NCBI GenBank assembly: GCA_010093705.1
Contig: MU006097.1
Span: 321,905-385,904 of the forward strand
Direction: 5' to 3'
Origin: Patellaria atrata CBS 101060
Taxonomy: Eukaryota
DNA length: 64,000 bases
Within the stretch, counting starts at the first letter, position 1. Every line of letters begins with the position of its first letter. The notes under the pieces are model-generated. The model saw only the letters and a list, made by a program, of their open reading frames with translations. It did not search any database and was not told the origin of the DNA. A program made the position numbers and the translations under genes. Shown here in pieces: positions 47,335 to 58,915 of the stretch.

Positions 47335-50300
47335 TCAGTCCGTCTTCTTTTTCAGGCCCTCAAAGTATTCCTTGCCCCTGGCCCTAACTTTCTCCGCTTT
47401 CTTCGCGTCTCCAATCTCCTCTTCCCACTCCGCCCATTTCTCAAACACACCCCTCGCTCTCTTAGACTTCATCTTTCTCTTCGTCATACGCTCGTACAGA
47501 CCTCTTACTGCTTCTACGCTGCCCTTTCCCCTCTTTAGTTCACCTTTCTCCAGGTCGACAAAAACGTCCCATAAGTCTCCACGCTTGGAGAAGGCATCAA
47601 CCAAGCCCTCAAAGATGGTACGACCACGTTCTGGGTCACCATTAGGGGACTGAAACTCCAGTGCGCCAAATTTGGAGGTGAGATGCGTGTGCAGGTGCTC
47701 CGGGACAGATTGCGTAGCGCGTTTAAGGAGAGAGTGCGCGCGGGCTGGGTCATTAAGTGTGGTAAGTAAGAATGTTGCATAGTTGATCCAGAAGGAAGGG
47801 GTAGCTGTTAATGACTTAATGCGGAGCATAGTCGAATAAAGATCTTCGGCTTTGCGGAAGTAGGGATTCGAGAGACCAGTTCCACTGCTGCTGTTACGGA
47901 TACCAGCGTCGATGTAGATACTAGCTAAATGCTCATGCATTGTGCCTGGATCATTGTACTGGCATGCACGTTTGAAAACTTCTTCAAGTGATTCATCTGT
48001 GCCAAAGGTAACCTCGAGATTGAGCCATGCGACCCAGATGTTACGTTTTTCTTCTTCCTCGGTGATGTTGATTGTATTCAAAGCACGTTCTGCAATAGTC
48101 CGCGCTTTGTCAACCTCGCTGAGACCCAGTTGGAACGCCATGTATTGCATCCATAGTTCAGATGAGTTTCCACGAGCAAGTAGTAGACGCTCAAAATCGT
48201 CAACAGATTGCGGCCCATATCTGTCGAGATCACCAGTCTTGTCAACCTGAATCAGGGTCTTTCTCCTCCTTTTCTTCTTGTCTTGAGTGGAAGATGCGTC
48301 CGAATTAGACGCTGCGTCTGGATCGTCTCTCGCTAAGCTGTCACCAGTCCAGTCGAATCCTGAAGTACTTAAGCCATGGACAGGCTTTTTGAATGGCACC
48401 TCACCAACTTCCATCTCCTCAGTTAATCCTTCAGCTTCTTCTTCGTTATCTTCATTAAAATTGATGTCTTTGACGTTTGTTAAATCCACACCACCATCCA
48501 TATCTACGTCGCTATCATTATCGCTGTCTTCAAGTATGACACCATCCGTTTGATCGTCATCTTCGCTTTCGCTGTCCGCGGCGGATCCTCTGAAGTATGA
48601 AGCTTTCAATCCAAAATTGATACGTCGTTTCTCCTCGTCAACCTTGAGAACCTTGGCTTTGACAGCATCCCCTTCGGAATAAAGCTTCGTCACATCGCCA
48701 ACTTTGTGATCGGCGATTTGACTTTGATGGCAAAGGCCGCTGACATTCGAAGAGTTGTCAACCACGATGAAAACACCGTACTCTTCCACCTTCCGCACTT
48801 TCCCGGTGACGATCTGGCCAGCTTTGAAGTCATGGAACATCAAAGGCGCAACATAATCTTTATCAACAACAGAAGCCTTCAGACTCATTTGGCATTGTTT
48901 GGAAGCGGGATCCACTGAGACGACCTTACCAGTGACTAATTTATCAACGGGGAATTCGGGTCTCCAGTCTTTGATATAGGAGTCTGAAAGTTCGGCGGTT
49001 TTCACGAATGCGATCACCTTGTTGCCCAGAGCAACGAGAATACCTTCCATCTTCTCCGGAAGACGTTGAACAAAGCCGCGAACAACATCGTTGACTTTGA
49101 TTTGCTCAAGACTGAGGATCTGTGGATCTTTGACAGGGAGGGAGGAACTGAGGACTTTCGACGGCCGCATAGAAAACTCGATCTTCTTGTTCTCCGCGTC
49201 CACACTGAGAACGCAGACTCGAACGATCTGGCCCTTTCTGTACTTCAAAGGGTTAACCGCATTATAATCATCATCGAGTTCGGTCAACCCGACAGGACCA
49301 TATACAGTATCGCTGAGCTTTACTAAGATATCGTGCTGTGTAACTCTACTGACACGAGCGGGGATAACCATTCCTGCAGCGACACTCTCCCATGACCATG
49401 GTGTAGCAGACGTGACCGAAGTTGCGACTAGATCAAGTCGACCGGTAGCAACGTCAACGTTCTTGGCCCGGACCTTCAAAGCGGAGCCGATAGGGAAGTG
49501 CTCGCTCAAGTTACTAAGTTTAGTAAGGTCATCAGTCATAGCCATTTTTTCCATACGACCATGTACATTGGGCGAAATATTGACCCAGAGTCGACTTCCG
49601 GAGATGTTGTTGACATAAGCAATCCATGACGACCCAACTTCAACTTTATCCAGGGTAAGTATATCCGAACCATCTGATAGAGTTGTTTTCTTCTTTGCTG
49701 AGAGCTCAAACACAGGTATCTTGCCTTGCCGATGAGAGATAGGTAGAAAGCGGTGAGTTCTTGCGTGGTGGATACCGAGCACCTTAACATCGATGATCTG
49801 GCCTGCTTTGTAAGATCTAAGTGGATGTTTCTTGTCCCGAATTTCTTCCCAGTCATCGAATGCTTCAGACATATCTATCCTACCATATACCTTGTCCGCA
49901 AGGGAAACATTGAGCTGTGTACTTTTAACTGAATTAATCCGTGCCTTGGTGGTCTTCCCAAGAGTGAAATCGTAGATTGAACGCGATACACCGTCAACTG
50001 GGTTGATTAATACATCGGCTTCGCTTGGTGCGTTTGAACCTGCCTTAGTTGATGCCTCGGACTCTTTCTTCAAACTCAAGCAGAACCGCTGTTGGTTAGG
50101 ATCAATTGATATGATCTTAGCAATTATTGACTGTTCTTTCTGCAAACTGAAGTTTGGTGATTCTAACATCTCTGGTGGTATATGGGACCGGAATACGACG
50201 CCGACCAATCCTCCCGGACACTCAATAAAAATTCGTTGAGCGTCGATATTACGGATCCACCCCTTTAAATCTTTGCCGATCTCGAGATCTCCAAACTTGG

Positions 50301-52849
50301 TTACTAAAGAGCTTGTTTTAGCGGCTTTGACAAGACTGGGCTTGTTACTGAGAACAATCATATGCCTCTTATCAAGCTTTTGGATTACGACGAGGTCTTG
50401 TAGAGTTTGCCCATCTCTAATTTTCTTCATCGATGACAGATTCTTCTGTGCTGATCCATCAGTAAGGTGGCCGAGGCGCAGTGTACCTTTGATTGTGGAG
50501 TCTAGAAGCTCAATGGTTATCGTATCAGTCAACTTTTCTGAGACGGTACCATTTATCAGATCACCGACAGCGATTTCATCATAAGCCTTCTGCTGATTGT
50601 CGGTAAAGATAGTAGGATCTCGACAGGAGACGGTCATTCTCTTCTCTTGAAGATCCACGGCCAGAACGTGGGTATTAACAGTTTGGCCTTGCCTAAAATG
50701 TACCTTAGGGTCGATAAAAGCTTCGCTCATCTCCGAAACTGGAAGAAAGGCTCGTATATCACCATAGAATTGAACTATAGCGCCAGTATCGAGAATCTTA
50801 ACAAGAGTCCCCAGAGCCTCATCTCCAACTGAGATTGAGTTATAGTCTGTCCAGATGCCCGCTTCAGATGCTACCAGAGTCTTCTTGAGCGTTAGACGAA
50901 TCTGTTTCTTCTCCGGGTTGAGTGAAAGTACTCGAGCATGTACAGACACCCCTTCACGGAATTTCTTTTCTGGATGCTGGAGGCGAATGTCTGCCATATG
51001 CACATCAGGCACAAGACCTGTTATACCCTCTGCTAAATTTACGAGTATGCCAGAGACGCCCTGCTCATTGATGATCAATTTTTCCACCTTTCCTTTGACT
51101 GCTTGTCCGACTTTGAGATCCTCAATGCGAAGGAAGGGTTGATCAAGAATGCTTTGTTGTAATGAGAGGATATAGAGGCCGTCAACTGGATTGTAGCCAA
51201 CGACTCTCGCTCTATGTATTGAGTCGAATTTATATCTGCCCTCTGTGGCTGATATAGTTTCCACTTTAGTATCACTGAGTCTTGAAATATGTGCGTAACC
51301 GGAGAACCCTTTGAGACCGATATCCATGAACAATGCCATCCCTGGCTCGACCTTTTTTACTTTGGCCTCTTCAATAATGGAAGATAATGGTAGAATAGAA
51401 AGGGGGTCTTTCTCGGTAGAGTCGTCTAAAGTTAGCCTTGGTGAAAGTGAGAGCACATGTTCAAGGAAGGATACTCCAAGTTTCAGCTTTTCGGAGGTAG
51501 GGAATGTGCAAACAATGCGAGCTTTCGCCTTACTACCGACTTTGTATTTGGTAGATATGTCCTTTAGAGTATGACCGGCACCGCAGTGGACGAAATCGGC
51601 GGTTACGTCCAGCATACCCATTAATTGCCCAGCAATACCGGCGGGTGTTGATTGAGTGACTAATAACTCAACGGCAGTGCCTGGAAGAAAAATATTTATA
51701 CTTGGAGCGTCCGAGATATAATGGGATTTCTTGATGATACCAGCCTTTCCGTGATCAGCTGAGAGTTTGACTGTTTTGGGAGTCTTTCCAGTAACCAAGC
51801 AGAGAAATACTGATCCCTCTTGAACCTTAGAGTGGTCCACATTTTGGCCTAGCTCTCTAGATGACATGAAGCCTCTGACAGAGCCATCATCAAGACCAAG
51901 ATCCATGATTAAGCCATGATCTTCCACACTAATTACTGAAGCTTGCACCATTGAATTGTCTACAAGGTCCGAGATCGAGAGGCCTGTATTTGCCTCTCGA
52001 GGATTCACTGACAGCTCGATCCGTTTCTTACTTCTTGCGGACCCGGTAGGCGTCGACTCATCCGATGTAGACTTAACATATGCCCGCAGGTATTGCCCGA
52101 TTTTAAAGACATCTTTCAATACAATGTCTTTCTCGGACCCATCTTCATCTTCGTCATCGTCCTCATTGTCGTCTACATCCTCATCCTCTGCCAGAAGCTT
52201 TTCAATCCTATTTGTGAGCTGGTCGGATACGTTTGTAAGAGGGATGAAGCCCGTCAGATTGTTAGGTAACGCTAAGGATATGTCGTTCGCAGATATTTGG
52301 GTAATTTGCCCAAGTATTATGGATCCGGGCGTAATCCTCTACTTTGTGTTAGCGTTCTGCCATCGCGTAGCTCAAGTCATTGCATACCTTATAACTGAGG
52401 CCCTCAATCCTCACCTCCGGCTCCTCATCCTCCTGTGTTGTACTACCTTTCCGATCCTTTGCTTTTTTCCTCTTCTTTAGGGCTGACTTTGTTACTTCTG
52501 TGCCATTCTCCTGTTCATCTGCACTATCAGCGTCCTTGACTTGTCGCTTCTGACCCGATTGCTCGAAAAGGACATCCCTTGTCGCTTCAATTTGGATTTG
52601 CTTATGTTCTAAGGGCGTCAAGACGCTTGCGCCTCCACGAGGAAAAGAGGTCTCCTCTTTGAGAAGAATTGATGCTGTTATAGGTTTTCCTCTCTTCGAA
52701 TCCTGCTCTGGGGCACCGTTCACCGGTGTTAACTTCACTCCCTTATTCTCTTTTTCGTCTTTGCGTTGACGTTTCGACGGTCTTTCTTCTCCTGAGTGCT
52801 TCAATTCACTCTTAGAGGCAGCATTCGCCTGGCGTTTTATAGGTGCCAT
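47335..52849 (-). CDS. RRP5: rRNA biogenesis protein Rrp5 (S1 repeats + HAT/TPR), 2 exons
   Basis: FPRGGASVLTPLEHKQI, multiple S1 repeats, PQSVDDFERLLL, SSELWMQYMAFQL and ERGRTIFEGL. Confidence 0.97.
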
Positions 52850-53151
52850 GATAACGCTGTGTTCTGAGGTTGCTGGATTATCACAAAAATTATCTATCAA
52901 AATTTCTAGAAGCTCGGGACAGCTTTTCCCGAGCGGTGGCAGAATGCGGGGATGGCCGGGGTGTTGGTGCGCTAAGACCGTTTAGGGTTCAATTGGTTTC
53001 GCGTTTCTCGCGTCCTGCTCCCGTCAAGCGCGATTTTACGGTCTACCTCATAGCTCACCCCCAACTGTATGAATGCCACATCTCAGCTCCTCTCATCACC
53101 AATACTCGATATCATTCTCTCTAACTTTGTAAAGATACAGTATCTATCCCA
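52850..53151. promoter_or_regulatory. Divergent promoter RRP5/CDT2 with CGCG-core (MCB/SCB-like) sites
   Basis: 302 bp between head-to-head ATGs. TTTCGCGT at 52997, TCGCGT at 53008, GCGCGA at 53028; AAAATTT at about 52899. Confidence 0.55.
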
Positions 53152-55419
53152 ATGGATGATAATATCCCTTCATCTCCACCGCAAGTTCTTGCATCGTCAC
53201 AAGAAAATGCAATATCAAACTCTCACTTGTCCTCGCCAATGGCGCCGCCTTCGACCACATACGGGAGAAAGCTCAGAAAGCCTCCCCCCATCACCCCAAA
53301 GCGATTCAATAAGTTTTTCACACCTCGGAATTCATTGACCGGGATGGTCTCATCACGTTCGACCGGGCGTTCCGGGAGACAATTGCGTGACATCACCCAG
53401 AGAGCCGTAAACCGCAGGAACAGTAGGCGTGGGAGCTCAACCCAAAGCAAGACCCTCTTTGTGGATGTAGAAGAAAAAGAAAACACTCGCACTCCCGACA
53501 CTGGGTCTGCGAGGAAAAGAAGGAAGCTTGCGGATCCTGAAAGTTCACCTATGCAACCCTCGCCATCAAAGAAAGCTCGACCACGTTCCTCATCTGCTGT
53601 ATCAGTACTTGAGCCGGATATCGATCTTATGTCTGATGATGAGCTGCCAAACCCATCTGTAGAAGAAGAATATCCCCAACCAATTCGACGGCTCAAATCT
53701 TCCGGTACCAACTCCCGGATTCTGCAACGCTCTTTTGGTGGAAGATTGGGAATTGACAGGGGAATGCGGGTTGACCATTGTCTGGATTGGAGCAGTCAGG
53801 TCTCGGACTTCTATACATGCCCAGAAGATAACCATCAATTCACACATCCTGCGCTTCCTTTCTGTACAACGAGCTGCAATAGTAGGTTCTCCTTAACCGA
53901 ATTCACCATTCCCATATCCTTCATGTTCTTGTCCACCCAGACAGCGCCCCTAAACTATATTTGTAAAGCTGAACTAATTTCTTTTGTAGCAAACTCACTC
54001 GTTGCTATCGGGGATGAAGAAGGAGGCGTCCGACTTGTCGAGACAGCCAGAGACGGTCTCTCTCAGTTTGGCAAAGCACATGTTTCATTCCGTCCCCACA
54101 GTAATGCGGTCATGGACCTTGCTTTCTCCTCGGATGATATATTGTTAGCAACAGCTTCAGGAGATCAGACCGCACATGTGATCGACATGAGTACCCAAAA
54201 GCCCATATACCTGATGGCCGGTCATGTATCTTCTGTGAAGCAAGTCCTTTTCCAGCCCGGGAATGATAGTATCATCGCAACTTCTAGCCGGGATGGTGCG
54301 GTTCATCTCTGGGATCTCCGGTGCTCAGGGGTCGAGGGTCCTATCCGGGAATGGTATCATGGACCTTGCAATACAGAGCTAGCGGACCACAAGGTCACAT
54401 ACGCCAACCCAGTCAACTCGATCATCGGAGCTCACACCTACCGACCCCCTACTCTTCCGCAAAACAATAGTCAACTTCGGGATGCCGTGTCTAAAATTGA
54501 AACTTCCAGTCGAGTAGGCGACGTTTCTATTACAGCTCTCTCTTTCCTCCCAAGTTCACGCTCCCACCTTCTGCTTACCGCCTCCGAGGCCTCTACCACT
54601 GTTAAGCTCTGGGATATCCGTGCACGCTGTACACGCCGAGGGCAACCTATTGCTCTTTCCACAACAAGGCAACCTGAATCTCATTCTAAGCATCGACACT
54701 TCGGGATTAACTCCCTCACTTTGAGTAGTGATGGAGCACGGTTTTACGCCCTTAGTAGAGACAGTACAGTTTATGCTTATAGCACAAACCATCTGATTCT
54801 TGGCCACGCTCCAGAGCTCTCATCACCAACCGCCCGTCGCCAGCGCTACGGAAGCGAAGGAAAGGAGGGCTTAGGACCGATCTATGGGTTCCGCCATCCG
54901 ATGCTCCATGCTACCACTTTCTATGTGAAAGCATCTCTTCGTCGTGTCGAAGCCGATAGACCTGAGCTTCTTGCTGTTGGATCGTCTGATGGTTGTGCGG
55001 TAGTGTTTCCAACAGACGAGGCATTCCTGAACAGCAAGAACCGGAAATCGCTACTAGATGCTATGCCTACTAGCCCCATGACGCCTCTTGCATCCTCCCA
55101 GCAGTCGATCCCTTCAACGTCCCGGCCAAATCCCCGTCGTACGCAAAGCTCGAATCTGTTTTCTTCGCGCCTCGTAGACACTATTCCGATATATGAGCAT
55201 GGTGCACCCCTCGTACGGGGACATGCTAAGGAGGTTACAAGTGTGTGCTGGACCCATAATGGGGACCTAGTAACTGTGGGCGATGACTTCGTAGGGAGAT
55301 GTTGGAGAGAAAATCAAGGGCGTGCAAGAGACTTAAGGGTCAGTGGTGAAGCGGAAGGGAAAAGATGGGGTTGTGGCTGGGCAGATGTTGAGGGTGAGGA
55401 TGTTGAAGATGACATGTAA
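53152..55419 (+). CDS. CDT2: Cdt2/DTL WD40 substrate receptor of CRL4
   Basis: AIGDEEGGVRL, HSNAVMDLAFS, LATASGDQT, SSRDGAVHLWDLR, TFYVK and GHAKEVT. Probable in-frame intron at about 53882-53989. Confidence 0.88.
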   Translation: MDDNIPSSPPQVLASSQENAISNSHLSSPMAPPSTTYGRKLRKPPPITPKRFNKFFTPRNSLTGMVSSRSTGRSGRQLRDITQRAVNRRNSRRGSSTQSKTLFVDVEEKENTRTPDTGSARKRRKLADPESSPMQPSPSKKARPRSSSAVSVLEPDIDLMSDDELPNPSVEEEYPQPIRRLKSSGTNSRILQRSFGGRLGIDRGMRVDHCLDWSSQVSDFYTCPEDNHQFTHPALPFCTTSCNSRFSLTEFTIPISFMFLSTQTAPLNYICKAELISFVANSLVAIGDEEGGVRLVETARDGLSQFGKAHVSFRPHSNAVMDLAFSSDDILLATASGDQTAHVIDMSTQKPIYLMAGHVSSVKQVLFQPGNDSIIATSSRDGAVHLWDLRCSGVEGPIREWYHGPCNTELADHKVTYANPVNSIIGAHTYRPPTLPQNNSQLRDAVSKIETSSRVGDVSITALSFLPSSRSHLLLTASEASTTVKLWDIRARCTRRGQPIALSTTRQPESHSKHRHFGINSLTLSSDGARFYALSRDSTVYAYSTNHLILGHAPELSSPTARRQRYGSEGKEGLGPIYGFRHPMLHATTFYVKASLRRVEADRPELLAVGSSDGCAVVFPTDEAFLNSKNRKSLLDAMPTSPMTPLASSQQSIPSTSRPNPRRTQSSNLFSSRLVDTIPIYEHGAPLVRGHAKEVTSVCWTHNGDLVTVGDDFVGRCWRENQGRARDLRVSGEAEGKRWGCGWADVEGEDVEDDM

Positions 55420-55667
55420 TTCATAAAAAGTTAGGGCTTGGAGTGAATAATTGACTCGGGGTTGGAAACACAAAAGTGGGTCTTTAAGATCAATGAATGA
55501 GCATCACCTGTATCGTCTAGATCAGACCTTCCTTGGGGTGGAATGGTTCACTAAAGGTAGCTTTTCTGTATCAGTAGCTATAACAGGTGTCGGATGAGTA
55601 ACCGGTATGGAAATGTCTCTTAAAAATTATACATTATTAGAGATGTTAATATTATTTCGAAGCAATA

Positions 55668-56315
55668 CTAAAACGCTTCATATCCACCCCACCACAAATA
55701 TCCCCCCACAGTCCCTAAACTCACTAATGCCCACGGCAGCTTCAATTCAACCACACCCCATACCCATAATGTGCCTATCGGGGGCGCCCTCTTCATTACC
55801 GCATAATATCCATGTACATTCGCCGAATACACCATATAACACCCGGCTGCTATCGCCGTCCCGAGAAACACCCCCTGCCTCACCACCTGAAATCGATTCG
55901 CAGTCTCGGTATGCATGATATACACCACTACAAACAGCACCGGCATTGCTGCCAGCATCCGCGTCACGATCTCGGACCAACTTATCGATTCGCGATACTG
56001 GTGGTGCACTATTACGTCTAGTGTGAAGTGGAGCATGCTTAAGGAGAGGGTGTAGAGGAGAGCATCGCCAACGGGGCCGAAGTCTTCTTCGGTTGAGGAA
56101 CCGGAAGGGTCATCGGTTCGTTTTTCAAAGGGTTTCCCGGCGTCTAGGAGGGCTTGTCGCTCTTCAGCGAGATCAAAGAGAGTTTTTCCTTTGGGCCCGG
56201 AACGGTCGGGTTGCGCGAGCGGGATGTTGGGTGTATAGGTCTTGGCGGGGATGCCGATTTTACGGGATGCGGCCCGGCGGTCTTTGCGCTTGCGGGGAGT
56301 TGAGGTGTCGTCCAT
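55668..56315 (-). CDS. Conserved fungal membrane protein of unknown function
   Basis: 215-aa ORF with IPLAQPDRSGPKGKTL, LHFTLDVIVHHQY and YYAVMKRAPPIGTLW; about 4 TM segments. Confidence 0.8.
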   Translation of the reverse strand: MDDTSTPRKRKDRRAASRKIGIPAKTYTPNIPLAQPDRSGPKGKTLFDLAEERQALLDAGKPFEKRTDDPSGSSTEEDFGPVGDALLYTLSLSMLHFTLDVIVHHQYRESISWSEIVTRMLAAMPVLFVVVYIMHTETANRFQVVRQGVFLGTAIAAGCYMVYSANVHGYYAVMKRAPPIGTLWVWGVVELKLPWALVSLGTVGGYLWWGGYEAF

Positions 56316-56591
56316 GGGTTTACTGCTTGATTGTTAGATTGTGGGTTTCTTGAGACGCTAGAAGGGGGAGATTTACCTTACTGTGGAGGGAGAGAGTTGG
56401 AGGTTGTTGTCGAGCTTGACGGAAACGGTCATGCCGCGGCTGTTTTGGCTGTCCCTGAAGATCCCTTCCAGCACGATGATGCTATGTTCTTTTTAAATTC
56501 ATATTCTGAACGCAAACTTTTAACTCTATGGTTCATTAAGAGCCCATAGAACAAATCGTATGTTCAATTGTGTCACCGTAAACCACAAATC

Positions 56592-57543
56592 ATGAATTGG
56601 ATTACCTGGGCTTCATTCCCCATTCTTCAATTGATCCTATGGATCTATACTTCGTTCCTCACTAGATCGTTTCCTACACTCCGAGGAAAACGGATATGCC
56701 TCTTAATTGCTCATCCCGATGATGAAGCAATGTTTTTTGCACCTACCTTACTAGCATTGACACAGCCTGCGTTAAGCAATCACGTAAAAATCCTGTGTCT
56801 AAGCAGTGGTATGTTCACTACACACTGTATGCATGCATCAATAACCGATCCTGCAGGTGACGCGGATGGCCTTGGTGAAACAAGGAAGAAAGAGCTCGTG
56901 AAAAGTGGATTACAGCTAGGGGTAAAGAGCGAGGATGATATTCTTGTGATAGAAGACCCGTATGCTCTCCACAATCTTCCCTGTATGTCGGCGACGTGCT
57001 GACTCCAGCTTCTCTTCGAATAGGAACTTCCCCGACTCAATGAGCACGACATGGCACCCGCGACTACTCTCAAATCTCTTGACGAAGACCTTCGCATCTC
57101 AGATGTCCTCAATACCTTCTACGAGCGCTCCGAAGGCGACTGTTGATGTCATTATAACATTCGACGCTGAAGGTGTTTCAGGGCATCCTAATCACAAATC
57201 CCTTTATCACGGTGCTCAAAGCTTCCTTAAAGCATTAATGCATCGGCACAGCGGCTGGGAATGTCCTGTCAAACTGTACACACTTACATCCACTAACATA
57301 GTTCGGAAGTACAGCAGCATACTCGATGCTGCAACTACTGTAGTTGTATGCATGTTCCGGAGGAAAGAGACGGGAAGTGAACCCACACCACTCATGTTCA
57401 TCTCTTCTCCAGCACAATATCGGACCGCTCAGCGCGCAATGACCACTGCGCATAAGAGTCAGATGAGGTGGTTCCGCTGGGGTTGGATTAGCACATCCAG
57501 ATACATGACTGTCAACGACCTCAAAAGAGAGAACATGAAGTGA
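56592..57543 (+). CDS. GPI12: GlcNAc-PI de-N-acetylase (PIG-L), 3 exons
   Basis: LLIAHPDDEAMFFAP, CLSSG/DADGLGETRKKEL, ITFDAEGVSGHPNH and HKSQMRWFR. Confidence 0.96.
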
Positions 57544-58061
57544 ATTGGGATCTCGGACTATCCCCAGTAGGCCCAATGTATTCCGTTGTCGTCCGGTGTA
57601 CCGGCTTTACCGAAACCCTAGCCTTTGAACGATGGATCCATCGTCGATTCCGCTCTCCATAATTATCCAGAAGTTGCATAGTTTATATCCAGTTTTCAGT
57701 AGAAGGTGGTTTGCTACTCAAAGGAGAACAAGGGTGTCTCGAGCCAATAGGAAGTTCCTTCAGCCTTCAAACCCCACGCCTCTCGATCGGCTCGTATCGT
57801 ATTGAGGACTGTGCTCGCACTTGGCGCAAATACCTTCTACATGGCCCAAAATGGCCTCCTGCAGGAACTCGTCAGACCTAAGTGTTCGAGTGGAGATGCT
57901 AGTTACACGGCTTAAGACCTCGGACGCTGGTTCTGAGCACGAGGCTGAACTACCCTTCAAGTCTATGATATATCCCAAACAATTCTCTAAACATCGTCAC
58001 TATCTCTTCTTTATCAGATCAGTCAAGCTTTCTCAAACTCTTTCTCAATTGATAAGACGCT

Positions 58062-58673
58062 ATGCATGCAGTTTTGACAGAGAAAGGAGCAAGCAAAGGG
58101 GACATCAAGGGGTGCCTGATCATGTCCAAACTCCCACCAGAAATTCAGCTTACCATCATCGACCAACTCGATCCCGTCGGGAAACTCAATCTAAGAATCA
58201 CATCCCGCTACTATTATGATACCATTAAACCCTTAACTCCAAACGAATTGCTCCAAACTGAGAAGTCAGACTGGGCAATCAAGAATGGCTTATTGAGGTG
58301 TATGGATTGCAAGAGGTTACGTCCTTCCTCTTGTTTTGCTGACTCCATGCGGAAAGGCAAGAAGGGTCGCAATGGTTTAGAACCGGAGAAGAGGTTTTGC
58401 ATTGACTGTGGCGTGCATCCCAAGTTTGGCAGAAATCGATATACTCCTGGCTCTGAGATCGAGATCAACACGCAACGCTGGGTCATCTGTAAAGTATGCA
58501 ACCTCTTCATGAAACTCGCATTCCGTGGGACGGGACGGTGTCAAGATTGCTTTGAAGAGAATAAAGATATACCAAGATTCTCGTTTCGGAGCAGAAGGAG
58601 ATACTCTGACCCCTGGGAGTATACGGATGATGATATCTTAGAAGCTTACGACAAATATATGTGGGAAGAGTGA
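58062..58673 (+). CDS. Small F-box protein with Cys-rich C-terminus (start uncertain)
   Basis: LPPEIQLTIIDQLD..KLNLRITSRYYY (F-box), followed by four CxxC pairs (CMDC, CIDC, CKVC, CQDC). Confidence 0.75.
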   Translation: MHAVLTEKGASKGDIKGCLIMSKLPPEIQLTIIDQLDPVGKLNLRITSRYYYDTIKPLTPNELLQTEKSDWAIKNGLLRCMDCKRLRPSSCFADSMRKGKKGRNGLEPEKRFCIDCGVHPKFGRNRYTPGSEIEINTQRWVICKVCNLFMKLAFRGTGRCQDCFEENKDIPRFSFRSRRRYSDPWEYTDDDILEAYDKYMWEE

Positions 58674-58915
58674 TGGAAAATTGAATATCGAGCATGAGAA
58701 CGTGGCAGCAAGGACGTGGTGGTATTCAGGAGACTCTACGTCAGACTTAAAAGAAAGGAGTCCAGGCAGGAGACTTGCCAGCAAAACAAAAAGCACACCA
58801 AGTATATCAAAAGCCACTTCAACCTCATCAATGATGGGTCCGTTGTCAAACATTCTAATACTCTCATATTCGCCCTCGCATCGCAAAATGTAATAACTAG
58901 ATAGTCATTCTCACT

